This document shows positions 11,640 to 24,639 of a DNA stretch of 64,000 nt, one piece after another. The notes below the pieces were generated by a model. It saw only the letters and a program-made list of their open reading frames with translations. It had not been told where the DNA came from and made no database searches. Source of the stretch: Vermamoeba vermiformis (taxonomy: Eukaryota); NCBI GenBank assembly GCA_045837725.1, contig JBEWZL010000304.1:124001-188000 (forward strand), read 5' to 3'. Position numbers and translations under genes: made by a program. Every line of letters starts with the position of its first letter. The stretch's first letter is position 1.

Positions 11640-13367
11640 ATGGATAAAGAAAGAGGAATATTTGGTTGTATTCCCTTAGAGCTATGGCAGTTGATTACGA
11701 CGTTTTTGGATGCAAGATCGAAACGAATTCTTCGTTTAGCAAACAAAGAATGGTTCAACATAATTCACTATGATAATTTTAGAATATTTTTAGCAAATGA
11801 CAACAATTTTTTCAGCATTACAGAGCATTTATCAAAGGTCCCACATCTAATTTCACTTTCGTTCGCCAAGTCCAAACTTGGTATGCCAGCCACAGACGTA
11901 GTTTCAGCAATATCAATGCTAACAAATCTAAGGTCATTTATATTCAAAGAAAGACTCTCGGACGAAGACCTCAGATTTGAAGAATGGATGAAGTTAACGA
12001 CTCTGACCAATATCGAGGAATGGGAGTTTCTTAGATGGCAGCATCCTCCTCCAGAGCTTATTGCTAAGTACTCTAAAATTCGAAAATTAGCTTTAAGCGC
12101 TAGAACCAAAGATCTCGCTCAAACTCTGAAAGGGACACTACATCTAGAGTGCTTGAGGATAACTCACTCTGGCGAATTGAGCATCGATCCATTCACTCAA
12201 TTACAGAACCCTAGCAAGTTAACCAAGCTATATCTAAGAGTAGAAAGGCCGATTCAATTATTTTCAACAGACGAATCTGTCGAAAAATTCAAACAGCTTT
12301 GCAATTTGAAAGTCCTCAGATACAAGTGTTTTGATACAGAAATTACAGACATCCATTTGGACAAATTAACATCGCTAGAGTCAATAAAATTCTTGGCAGA
12401 TGAAACGCAACCATTTCACACGAACACAAATCTAACTTACTTGCAAATCCTCTGCGACAAAATTCCTGTGGATCATTTAATGCAATTTTCGAGGTTAAAG
12501 AAGTTACGAGAATTGTGCATGTATTGGCCGCCAAATGCAACGTACAAACGATTTGAATTTTTGACAGCATTGACAGATCTGCAAAAGTTTGAAATCAATG
12601 ATTCAACACCGCATAATATTCGTGATAAAAGCGAAGATAGATTACTAGTCAATCTATTATCGACAAATTTAAAGTCGTTAGTTGGAAACTTTGACGTTCA
12701 ATGCTTGATCCGATTCGAACAATTAGAATCGTTAGAATTACGTGGAGTCACCGATGATTTGAATTATTTGCGGCACCTTACCAATTTGACATCATTAGAC
12801 GCATATTTAGCACATAATATCAGCACTATCAATATTTTGACCAAGTTGAAGATCCTCGATTTCCACGGAAGAAAAATTCCTCGAGATTACAAGCAGCTAA
12901 ATTTAGACCAATTAACAAATTTAGAACGTTTGTCAATTCCGTCATTAGCACCGCTGGCCAACATCGTCAGTAATTTATCAAAATTAACAAAGTTGTCAGC
13001 GCTCACTTTAGCAATCAATTTTCAAGTTAATAACGAAGATTTTGAATATAAGTTTGACAATTTAAAATTAACCTCATTTTCCAATCGTGGCACGAACAAT
13101 AGTGAAAAATTGATGGACTGCTTAGTGAAGATAACAACGTTGCGGAGTCTGTCATTTGACAATTGGAGAAGCGAAGAAAACGTGCTATTATTAACAGCAT
13201 TGCATCATTTGACGTTTTTGCGCGTTTCTAAAGCAGAAGACGCTGTTTTCTTTGGTCGACATTTGACGACTTTGACGACCTTGCAAGACATTCGCGGTCT
13301 TGGTTACACGCGATCAGAATGCGAGATTTTAACGAGTAAGATGCCTCATCTACGCTATTGTTCTTAA
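11640..13367 (+). CDS. Intronless F-box/leucine-rich-repeat protein
   Basis: 575-aa ORF with N-terminal IPLELWQLITTFLD...LRLANKEW (F-box-like) followed by many LTNLxxLxL repeats. Confidence 0.85.
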   Translation: MDKERGIFGCIPLELWQLITTFLDARSKRILRLANKEWFNIIHYDNFRIFLANDNNFFSITEHLSKVPHLISLSFAKSKLGMPATDVVSAISMLTNLRSFIFKERLSDEDLRFEEWMKLTTLTNIEEWEFLRWQHPPPELIAKYSKIRKLALSARTKDLAQTLKGTLHLECLRITHSGELSIDPFTQLQNPSKLTKLYLRVERPIQLFSTDESVEKFKQLCNLKVLRYKCFDTEITDIHLDKLTSLESIKFLADETQPFHTNTNLTYLQILCDKIPVDHLMQFSRLKKLRELCMYWPPNATYKRFEFLTALTDLQKFEINDSTPHNIRDKSEDRLLVNLLSTNLKSLVGNFDVQCLIRFEQLESLELRGVTDDLNYLRHLTNLTSLDAYLAHNISTINILTKLKILDFHGRKIPRDYKQLNLDQLTNLERLSIPSLAPLANIVSNLSKLTKLSALTLAINFQVNNEDFEYKFDNLKLTSFSNRGTNNSEKLMDCLVKITTLRSLSFDNWRSEENVLLLTALHHLTFLRVSKAEDAVFFGRHLTTLTTLQDIRGLGYTRSECEILTSKMPHLRYCS

Positions 13368-13572
13368 TTTGGCCAATAAACACCGATTGGGCTGGCCCTG
13401 CAGATCTGATCGATCTTTCCTTCAGTTATGGAGATCTACTTCGGAATACGAATTCCATTCAAATATTGCACGTGAAGAATAACGAAATTTCACTCGAGTG
13501 AAACCGTACTAGCTTGAAATAGAAGCCGAGTTAGTTTTAATTATCATTGACCGATTAAAAAGCAACAAGAAG

Positions 13573-15164
13573 ATGGCAAAAGTGGCAGTAATTGCGGGTG
13601 CTACAGGAATCGTAGGCTCGCTCATCATAGAGCAGTTGATTAAGAACACGAACAAGGCAGATTGGTCCAAGATTATCGCGATCTCGAGAAGAAAGCCTGA
13701 ATTGGAGAAAGAAGATGCTCGATTTGTTCATCTGCCTATCGACTTGACTATTTCTGAAGAAGAAATCGCAAAGAAAGTAAGTTTGGCTTTGATCTACGAA
13801 ATTCTTTCGAATGCAATTTCATTAATTAAATACTATTGCAATGTACAAAAAAATAGTATTATTAGCTCAAAGAAGGAGGCGCTGCAGATGCTACCCACGT
13901 ATTTTATAGCGCTTACGTGCACGAAAAGAAGTGGGATGCGAAAACTTTGTACGAAACCAATGTTCCAATGTTCAAGACCTTTATAAAGGCTATCGATAGC
14001 GTCGCCAAAAATTTGCAACGCATTGAACTTCAAACAGGTGGAAAATATTACGGGGTAAGGCATTGTTACGGTTCTATCTAGCCGATCTTTTTCGATCGGA
14101 TCTTCAATATGTCTCAAAACGCGCTTTGATAGACACTAATATTATGGTAGATTCACTTAGGTTGGGATCACGTTATTGACGATAATTCACCTCCCTACAA
14201 GCCCGAGAAAGACAAGCCAGATTTCTACATGGGACAAGAGGACTTTTTAACCAGCTTCCAGCAAGGCAAAAAATGGAAATATACCATATATAGACCACTC
14301 GTGATATCTGGTGTTACTCGCGGTAAGACTCAACCAAGTTAAACCAGATCTGATGCAGAAGAAATTTCGGATGTGGTCCAGATCTTTCGAATATTGCAAT
14401 ATTTCAAACATCAATACAATAAAGAGCATATATTAATCCTTTTTCAGGTAATGGCATGTCCATGGCGGTCAGTTTAGCGATCTACTTTTTGGTTCAAAAA
14501 CATTTGGGCAAGAAAGCGCTATTCCCTGGCAACGAAGCGCAATATAAGAGTATCTGCGATTGCTCTCATGCCGATTTAATCGCTAAATTCGCTATTTGGA
14601 CTTCAACTTTGCCTGCCGCCGAAAATAATGATTTTATTATTATGGATAGCGATACGCAACATGAAACTATCGAAGAACAGTGGAAAGCAATGGCAAATTA
14701 TTTCGGAGTTGAGGTTGAAGAACCTACTTTCCCTAAGACGCATGACAAACCAAAGGTAAGCTACATCCGCCAAACCAGAATTCGAAAACTCAGGTGAATA
14801 ACGATGGTTTATAGGGATCTGGTCATTATCTTTTAGAGTACTCATTGGCTGAGTATATGAAGGACAAAAAGCCCGTTTGGAAGGAAATCGCGAAAAAGTA
14901 CGGCGTGGATGAGAAAACATTTGATTACCAAACGTTTGATTTTTGCGGTAAGTCTTAATTAATATGACGAATAGTACTATGTAGCGTATTAATATAATTA
15001 TAGATGCACAATTTTCATTTAGCTGGCCTCAACATTACGCAATGCCTAAAGCGAAGAGTATTGGCTGGAAAACTGATCAGAAAGCGAGTATTGGATTCAT
15101 CCAAACGTTCGATAAGATGAAACAGTATAATATGATTCCTAAGGATGTCATTAACTCTGCATAA
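13573..15164 (+). CDS. PRISE-type atypical short-chain reductase (progesterone 5-beta-reductase/iridoid synthase-like)
   Basis: VIAGATGIVG Rossmann motif, ISRR, LQTGGKYYG, DFYMGQED, RPLVISG, FPGN and SHADLIAKFAIW appear across spliced exons. Stop at 15164. Confidence 0.85.
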
Positions 15165-15387
15165 GTTTATTTCTTTCCGAATCCGGTTCTCAATCTGGAA
15201 CTTTTTCGCCCAGAAATTCTTTTACTCAATAAACTTAGGTCAGATATGATTCAACTTATTGTATTGATATCTATTTAGGCAATATTTAAAGGTTTTCGTC
15301 GGATTGATCAATTTTGCAACAAAGTTTTGTTTTGGTTATTTTGTGGTATTTGTTCCTTAGAGCACGAGAGTTCAATTATATTCAAAT

Positions 15388-18120
15388 ATGAAAACCCTCT
15401 CACTATATATCACTATTATCGTTGTTGCCTGCGTCTTCGCTGGCGTTCTTGCCGCCGACGCTGAAGCTGATCGCATCAAGGCGTTGCCCTACCTTGTAAG
15501 CAATTAATTCGCACGATCATAAAAAAAAATATAGCTAAATTTTATATTAATAAATATACCGACGGTATCAATAAATCTTTATTTTTAATAATAGAAATGT
15601 CGCAGATATTTTCTAATCCGTGTCAATTTTATTAATAATTTGATTTAATTCAGAACGCACCTTTGGGCCGTCAATTCTCAGGATATCTTACCGTTAATGA
15701 GACTACTGGCAAGGCTTTGCACTACTGGTTTGTCGAATCTAAGAAGCAAGCCTCAACTGATCCTCTTGTTCTCTGGTTGAACGGAGGTCCAGGCTGCTCA
15801 TCATTGGACGGATATTTTTACGTAAGCAGTCATAATATTTCTCCATTTTATTTCGTAAATTAAGCAACGGAAAAGTTCTGCATCGTGTACCAACAAGCTA
15901 TTCAGGCCTTAGTTTAACTTGATTATGATTAGGAACATGGTCCTTTTATCTTCGATGACTCAACTAGCGATCTTAAGCTCATTGAAAGACCCTACAGGTA
16001 AAGATCCTCGCGTGGAGCTCCACTAAACTAATATTTTTTCTTAGCTGGAACCGTATTGCCAACGTTATCTATTTGGAATCGCCTGCTGGTGTTGGTTTCA
16101 GCTACTCTAACACCTCTTCTGACTATAATGTTGATGATTATCAAACTGGTAAGGCAGATTCGATGCTCGCGTACCAGATCTTCGATGCTTCACCGATTTT
16201 ATGGTACTAATAATGCTCTATTTATAGCCATTGATAACTACAACGCTATTCAAGCCTTTTTGGACCGTTTCCCTCGCTTCCGTGGCAACGATTTCTACAT
16301 TGGTGGAGAATCCTACGTAAGTATTCAGACACATGCAGCTCGCTCAAAAATAGGCCCATATTGTGAACAAAATATCCATATAATATTATTGGACAAAGAC
16401 AAAAATTTTGCTGACGCCTGAAGGATGATCTAATTGGATTTGCTTTTAGGCCGGAGTTTACGTTCCCTCTCTTGCTAAGAATGTTGTTGAAGGAAATCTC
16501 GCTGGTAAAAAGCACATTAACTTGAAGGGGTACGTACATAATCCAACAATATATTGTTAAGTCCCGTAATGCTACCGAAGAAAATTTTTGTTCGGCTCCG
16601 GATGTAGCATGAAACATCGTTCTTTTAGTATTGATTGGTATGATTACGGATACTAATAGTTTTATATCGCTAGTATCCTCGTCGGAAACGGAGTTACTGA
16701 TCCTACATCCGACTCTTTGACCAACTCGATCTTGCCTTTCTTGTACGGCCACGGTATTTACAGCGCTAAATTGAACAACCAGATCAATCAATACTGCACG
16801 TCCAATCCTAACGGCAACCAATGCCAAGACTTGCTTAACGACGTGTTCAACCTCATGAACGATATCGACGTAAGTTCGAAATCAGATCTGCCTTACAAAC
16901 CCTTTAAATATAATAGTGATAGTATTATATACATGTAGTTAATGATATTGAGATGATATAGCGGTATTTTAACGTGCTTCTAACTACAGGCTTACGACAT
17001 CTACTCGCTCTGCTACCACCAACGCCAAACTTCCAATCCTCTCCTTAAATACATGATCAACCCTCCTAAGACTAAGAGGTATATATATATATGGTCCTAT
17101 AAGGACGATATTAATGATGAAAGACGGCGTACTAAGCGAAACTTTTTTATTCTTTAGAGCTGCTCAAGATGTTCCTCCTTGCGTTGATGCTTCCAAGGTA
17201 TGTTATAGTCGCTATTATATTATCGATTGTGTATAGTACTAATATTTTGGCGTTATTTTAGGGAACTAATTACTTGAATGTAAGAAAAGTCAATCGTCTT
17301 CGCGGATTCACCATTCAAGTCCTGTAAGAACTCTTACTAATGAGTTGTTTGTAGCTTCCTTCCGTTCAAAAGGCTATTCACGTCAAGCCTAATACTTGGG
17401 CTATTTGCTCTGGTGAGTTCTGAACTCGTGTAACGGCAACATCCGCCTCGATCTAATTTTCGATTTAGATGCTATTAACTACTCGAGCGACATTCCATCG
17501 ATGGTTCCCTACTACCAATATTTGGTTAGCAAGAACATTAGGGTTCTTGCCTACAGCGGTAAGTCAGATCAGATCGACCGCCAAAAACAAAGAATTGAAA
17601 ATTATGGATTAATAATTATGATTTCTATTGAAATATGATCAATCTTACTAAATGTTACCTTATATAGGTGATGCTGATTCCGTATGCCCTTACACTGGTA
17701 CTGGTAAGTTTTTGTGGATTCGTTGCAAATCTGCTTCGATCGAGTACCTGCCGTTCTTACACTTTTAACAGAATACTGGACCTCAAATATGTTGGGTTTG
17801 CCCGAGAAGCAGGCCTGGAGACAGTGGACTTACAAAGCTGACAAACACGGTGGCGAACAAGTCGGTGGAATGGTTACTGAGTACGCTGGTCCTCTCTACT
17901 TTGTGACTATTAAGGGCGCTGGTCATATGGTGCCGCAATTCAAGGTAATAACGCGATCTGTGACCTCGTGTAACGGACATCTACTAACGCTTTTTTAAAT
18001 CTATTCTTACAGCCCGAGCAAGGTTTCGGTAAGTAATTTAAATGCATAAAATGGAGATGTAGACTAATTTATGCAATTATAGTCATGTTTGAGCGATTCT
18101 TGAACGAAAAGCCTTTCTAA
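15388..18120 (+). CDS. Secreted serine carboxypeptidase (peptidase S10, cathepsin A-like)
   Basis: Signal peptide; motifs [26 protein letters not shown] (catalytic Ser), [10 protein letters not shown] (Asp) and GAGHMVP (His). Many short exons, including 16-18 nt micro-exons. Confidence 0.95.
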
Positions 18121-18160
18121 ATCTGATCAAAAAGAATAGCGGTTTTCATTCGAATAAAAG

Positions 18161-18385
18161 TCACGGGTGTTCAATGAACATCGTGACTTTAGGCTTCTTA
18201 ATCGGAGCATTACATATGACAAGAATGGGATCGCAAAGAATTGATTTGATTGGTGGAAGAATAGGTTTGTTTAGAATAGGTTTGGTATCCTTTTTAAAGC
18301 CCAAAAGAATAGGTTTTTGGAGGCTTTTATACCCGCCGTATTGTTCATTGTTGAGTAATGAACTGTGAGTAACAACAGCTTTCAT
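18161..18385 (-). CDS. Possible small protein with KPIL repeats
   Basis: 74-aa ATG-initiated ORF with KPIL three times plus KSIL and DPIL. No recognisable family. Confidence 0.3.
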   Translation of the reverse strand: MKAVVTHSSLLNNEQYGGYKSLQKPILLGFKKDTKPILNKPILPPIKSILCDPILVICNAPIKKPKVTMFIEHP

Positions 18386-19090
18386 AACAATCTACGTCTA
18401 GCGAGACATAACCTGTGTCGATCTAGATTCGGATCTCATTTCTCGACGTGGCGGGAATGAACTCTTTGATTGATTTCTCTTTGTTTCGACTCACGTCGTA
18501 TAACTAAATTAATAAGCCCATTATAATGATGAGAATATCGAAAATTAATGCGCTCGGGGGAAAGGGACAAATCAAATTAATATTCAATTCTTTGATTTCA
18601 ATTCTTTGGACAAAGATAAAAAGGGTTTTTTTGCACTATCATTTTGATTGCAAAGGCGCATTGAATAACACACACCTCGTTGGATGTCAATTAGCGATAA
18701 TTATTCCAGTGCAATTAAAATCCAAGTGCAACTTATTATACAAAAGGGTGCCTGATGAATTATTTAGTACGAGCGCTTGTTAATCAATAATTCGTTGTTT
18801 GATCCAGCCCAGCAAATGCGGATGCAGATGTCAAAGATTGTCCGCGGACAAAAAGCAGCACATTAACAAAAGGATTTCATTGTTCATTTGTTAGTTAAAT
18901 TTTATAACAGACTCAGCGGTGTCTAGACATGCGAGTTCAACAAGGTCGTTTGTAATGTTAGAACGGATTAAGGGATCTCTGAACAATTTGTTTCGCTAAA
19001 ACTCGATGATTAGAAGAAATGACTGCTATTTATGTTTAATAAGCACACGCACAAAGAATTGAGCAACAAATCAAATGATTGGACCAAAGA

Positions 19091-19816
19091 ATGTTGATCT
19101 GGCCAGAATTCAAAGACAAATCATTTTTCAATTCTTTGTGGCACCTATATAACCTGAACAGACCGGGAGGTGGGTATAAATCAAAGCTAAACACCACAAT
19201 GGCTGACCGAAATGACAGATACAAACGCCTCTTTACTCCATCATCGTACGACGTACCTACATACGAAGAAGCTCGAATTGAACTTGCGCAAGATAGGCTC
19301 AGAATTCAATATGCCGAAAAGATAGTGAAGCACATGATAGATCTCACTATTTGGAGGAACCAAATGGGCGACTCTATGCTTACGTATATCGACAAAGTTT
19401 TAAACCAAATCTACAACATTTACCAACAAGGCCTGAATATGTTAATAGCCGCTCGCCACGATAATATAGAGGAATTACAGTTAATACTTAACGATGAGAA
19501 AGACGCAGCTGAAGCAGATTTATAGTAAGCCCGAAATAATAATTATTTTATTTTTCCGCGACTAATTATTAATTATTAATTAAGCGCAAAATGCGAGCAA
19601 ATGAGGGAATTAATAGATAAAGTCATTCAAAACCCTAGTAGCAATAAAATGCTTAAAAAGGAGGTCCTAGCTCTTCTCCAAATCATGCGCAAGCCAAAAT
19701 TGCCGGATTTGACTATAATCTCGAATACGCTCAAACTTAGCAAGCCTAATAAAAAACACAATAGAATGCGGGCGATGTTTAGTTTTCGTCCCAAAAAGAA
19801 AACAAATCAAGAATAA
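19091..19816 (+). CDS. Hypothetical two-exon protein (helical, basic C-terminus)
   Basis: ATG at 19091. An intron at ~19525-19583 (GTAAGC...TAAG) joins the two ORF-track segments in frame (...EADLYAKCEQMRELIDK...). Confidence 0.65.
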
Positions 19817-20323
19817 AAATGGCTTTCCAAAGAACGAGTGGCTGGTACATCTACGACCATTACTTGCAACACCTCCAATTATTGTGGATTATGCATTATT
19901 AAACCGTTTTAAAGTTATACAAGGGCGTAAAAATGATAATATTAGGAAGATCACCGAGATACGCTACAAAACGACGTCGGAAATTTGGATCAACTCGGTA
20001 TTTCATCAAATAAATTAATCAACGAATATATATTCCAACAAAAAATCATGTGCGCCGTACGTATTATTAAAGAAATATATAATAGAATTACAAAAAATGT
20101 AGCGCAATAAGAAATTTTCATGCGTTGTTAGATCAACTAACCAATTTCGACGAGCTTTCGAACCCTTTATAGCTAAAAATCTTTACGTAGAGTATTTTTG
20201 ATAGTAAATTGAATAATTAATGGAAATTATGACCGTTATTTTGAATAAAAGAGGCGGGAAGACAGTATGACATTTCTGACGGGCACTTAATCCTCTCAAA
20301 GTCCCGTTAACGACCACAATTGA

Positions 20324-21583
20324 ATGGATCCGTTTATTGCCTTTCCAAGCGAGATTATAGAACATATTTTAGAATATTTATTTGTTGACTGGCAATGCGT
20401 GTCAAGGTACGATCCGATTGAATAAAATTTAAATTAATTCTAAATTAATATTTATAGCTGCCGAGTGGTCAATAAATATTGGCACGAATATATTACAAAT
20501 TGGATCACGATCTCGCTTGAAAGAGAATTAGGTGCAGATCCAAGGCTAGATGAAGGACGAAACATAGATTTTACGCACACAATGTACTTCGTTAATGGGC
20601 TGTCCTATTTAAGAAGTATTACGAGACCGCTGGCATTGTCTATCAATGTTAAAGGCGTGCGCAAATTCGGCATGCGAAGATTTCAAGCGGATTTGCCAAC
20701 ACTGTCCAACTTAGTCGCCTTACGTATAAATGGCTGCCCTAATTTTCCATCACTAAGCCATCTTACGAAGTTGGAGTATATGGAGATATTGCACCCGGGC
20801 TCAGATTTCCATGTTGAATCGTTGCCGAGCGACATCCGCACCGTGCTCTACGCAAAATCGTAAGTAAAATTCAAAATAAAGTTTCATGCACTAATTCAAT
20901 AGTAAAGCCCTTACAATGAGTCACTACATGAAGCTCTACTCAAATTGACGAAGCTAGAAAGCCTTCAACTGGCATATTCAGGCGTTAGAGTACGATTTAT
21001 GGATCAAATCTGCAAAACTCTTGGAACGAATTTGAAAAGCTTAGGATTGATAGAAGATCAATCGATTATGCTTATTGGAATATACGACGAGCTTACTAGA
21101 CTAACAAACTTGGAGTTCCTGCACGTAGAAAATTCGTTTTACGAGGAAAACTCGCACCTCAAAATATTTGGAAGTCTGACCAAGCTAACGGCTCTAGGCG
21201 TTCGTGGGTGCGCACATAATCACGAGTTAGATGCACCTACGTATCGGCACTTATCCAGCCTAACAAGACTTGAAGAATTATTCTTCTTTCCGTCGCATCT
21301 GAACATCAGAAGGTTTTTACCGAACATTACAACGCTAACGAATCTAAAACGATTATATATGGACGCTAGCAATCTCAATGATAGTGATATAACTCCGATA
21401 TTATCCTTCAAAAAGCTAGAAACGATCAATATTTATTATTCAAAGAATTTTTCTTCGAAAATTTCAGCTATTTTCAATCAATTACCAGCGCTACGAAGAC
21501 TTAACATCTACTCATTCCAATTACTTCCCGAAGAAGTTGTCTTAGCGGATTTATCGCCGTTAATTTCTGTCACAAAATGTTAG
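20324..21583 (+). CDS. F-box/leucine-rich-repeat protein
   Basis: MDPFIAFPSEIIEHILEYL...CRVVNKYW F-box spans an intron, followed by LTNLEFL/LTKLTAL LRRs. Two introns. Confidence 0.85.
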
Positions 21584-21882
21584 GTAGCTTTGCGACGATT
21601 GGTTTACTCGTCATTCCTGTAAAATTTAACAAATAAATAGTAAATAATATCATTTCAAAGTCTAAAAATTACACGTTAAGGTGATTAGGTGCCAGCTTAA
21701 ATCCAGCCCGTTACAATTTGGCTGAGAACGTTGGGCCAACACTAGAAGACTTCAAATTCTTAACGTTTAGTCTAAGGACGCATTATTTAACTCCCGAGAG
21801 AAAACAGGTAAGTTTAAATCCTTATTTAGTTACAAACATTACTTTACAATTGGGCTTTGGTTACGATCAATTAAATTTCCTT

Positions 21883-24320
21883 CTAAATTTCCTGTAATTC
21901 ATCGTTCTTACTATCATTTCCACCACTATCAGTCGTAGTTCTTTTACCGTGTTCCTTGCTACTAACAAAATTACTAGCTGTATTGTGCTTCGTGGTCATA
22001 GAGGCGTTGACAGTCTTAGTCTTCATGAAGTAGACTTGAATAAACGTAATCAGACCTAATAATATTGAGGTCTCGTATAATGTAGCTACGAGGAGGTAGT
22101 CGCTAGTGAAAGCTGATAGGCCGTTGAGAACTAGAACGACGACTGGATGCACCGTCGAGATCACGCAGGAGATTACGATGGAGATACGCAACTGTTGTAT
22201 GAAAAGTGATTAGTAAGATTTACATATTACAAGCATTACGAGCAATTTGGGCAAAGAGAGGCAGCTAAAAGTAACGCCGAAAAGAATTGCCCCACGTGCT
22301 TTTTAAACCTTTGATTGATTGCAATTTGCAATTTCAAAACAAACTAATCAACACTTGAGTTGAGTTGAGTCACTTACGCGTTGTAAATTCGCCAGTCGTT
22401 TCTTCTGCGAGTTTTGTTTTGACCGTTTGATGGCTCGAAGAACTTTCACACCTTAAAATCAATCTCGTTAGTACTGTTAATACAAACTTAAAACAATTTA
22501 AATGCCCTGGAAAAATTTTGCTGGCGGATTCAGATCGGTGTTGTTAATGCAAATATTTGCAGGTGTTTTGAATGGTACGTACTGACGGTAATATAAAAAG
22601 CAGCCACAATGAGCAGCACAACACCCAACACGACACCAATCGCTGAAGATCCAGCGACACTGTCAGGCACCGTCATCGTTAAAATTGCTGCAATGACCGG
22701 AATGCAATTGATCAGGCCTGCAAACACGTAGAACGGTACTTGAACTCTAAATGAATGCGTTAATGATTATTACCATATTTGGAAATGTACGTACTTGTTG
22801 CTCAAGAACGCTGAAGTTTTTAGACCGGAATACTGACTGACAGTTTCGAACCAGAAAAATGCCATCAATAGTAATGCGGTGACTATAGATCGTCAGTTAA
22901 GGATCACTATGTTATTACCAAATAAGGAAATATTTTTGCGCAAAGGATACAGGCCCACGAATCAGGAAAAAATCCGAAAAATACTCGCAAAGAATAGGGG
23001 AACAGTCCTCGGCTATTTAGCGGGTCAACGTACGATACAATGTTTACTATAAAAGGAAATTGGTAAGCTTTAGTGATAAAAATAGTTGCAAAGCTTACCC
23101 AGGCAAAAAATCATTTGGATCATCAAGTAGACGAAACTAATGTTCCAATGAAAGCCAGCGTATTTGATCTTCTTAACAAATTTTATCGTAATGAAGATAA
23201 ATAACCCGGTCCACATTAATATGAAGAATAATTGCAGTGTTAGAAACCAACCGGTGCCCAATACGTCCTCGATCCATTCGTTCCGACCTAAAAAAGCCAT
23301 TTAACGTTAAAATTTAAAGCCTAAATAACCTAATTATAATTGGCGCTTCTTATCATTAATGCCTCACGTTGCGGTACCGCAAATTATAGGTTCTAATTAA
23401 GGAAATTTCTGACAAACATAAAGTCTCGTGAGAACTGAGATAATATTAAATGATGTGCTACTATCTAGCGACAGGAGCGTACTTTAATGTTTGTTTGATG
23501 CTTTATAATCAGAAAAAACTTACCTGGAACGACTTCCAAAAGAACTTCGCTGGATTTAGCCATGGCAGCTTCGATTTCTTTGGCGCCTATTGTTCCTATC
23601 TATTAAAGTATATTAATATAATGGTCAGTGCCTCGATTTGGACCTTATTTAACTTACAATAACTGCCGGAAAATTCGGCGGATCTGTCGTTACTGGCGTT
23701 CGACCTAATCGACCGACACGCTGCTCAGTGGATCTTAATAATATTCCAACAGCTCCAGCTATTTAATGATAAGATAATCAGCGGGATTGAATGGATTTTG
23801 AGATGTGATCGTAAACAAATCCGGTGACTCTGCGAGCTCACACTGAATTAAATTAATTCATGCGTACCTTCTATTGCTTTGTGTATTTTTTCTATTATTT
23901 GACATCCTCCTAAGAGATAAACTAAGGCTAAGCGATCTTTCGCATCATAGCTGTCGCATCCGTTTCCCTAAGAATTGAAATTGCAATTAATACTCAAAAT
24001 TAGAGAGAATATGATTACTATAATAAATAATCAGTAATTAATTACATATTGATCCGCTTTGATGGCATAATTTCGTTGATTACTTCAACTTACATGAACT
24101 GAAACGTTAGCTATTAAATGAAAATCATCCGGAAAGCCTCCGACGAGCCCGTTTAATAATATAGGCGTCTCAAATTCATTGTATCTATTGAAAAATAATT
24201 ATTAGCCTCGAAATAATTTCTCTGTGTTCCTTACCCTGTCGGATCTAATATTCTTGATGCATGAGCGAGATAAGCTACGAACAATATCGCGAATAATGTC
24301 CGTAGACTGTGGTGATTCAT
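21883..24320 (-). CDS. Signal peptide + PA (protease-associated)-like domain + ~7-TM membrane protein
   Basis: Signal peptide MNHHSLRTLFAILFVAYLAHA; PA-like motifs GCD...GGCQIIEKIHKAIE.AGAVGILL...FPAVI; then about seven hydrophobic segments (including YVDPL...AFFWFE) and a Ser/Thr-rich cytosolic tail. Confidence 0.7.
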
Positions 24321-24639
24321 TGTAAAAAAATTCGAAACTTACCCCGAATTGATTCGGACAGCGGTAAATCTTCACAAAATTACTTAATTTGGCAATTCGC
24401 AAAAAAGAGTTTAGCGATTCGGTAAATTAGTTATGATTCGATGTCAATAGACATAGTTGTATAGGAATTGGTCCTATATTCACTAAATGGTTCGCAAAAA
24501 GTTCGATCTGGGTCGTATCCGAAAATTGTCTGAGAGAAGAGCTTTATTGTTATGGATCTAACAAAGAAAACTGACTAAAACTAACTTTGAAGATGATATC
24601 AATTAAAAAGGGTCACTAGTGATTTGAGATAGGCCCGAC

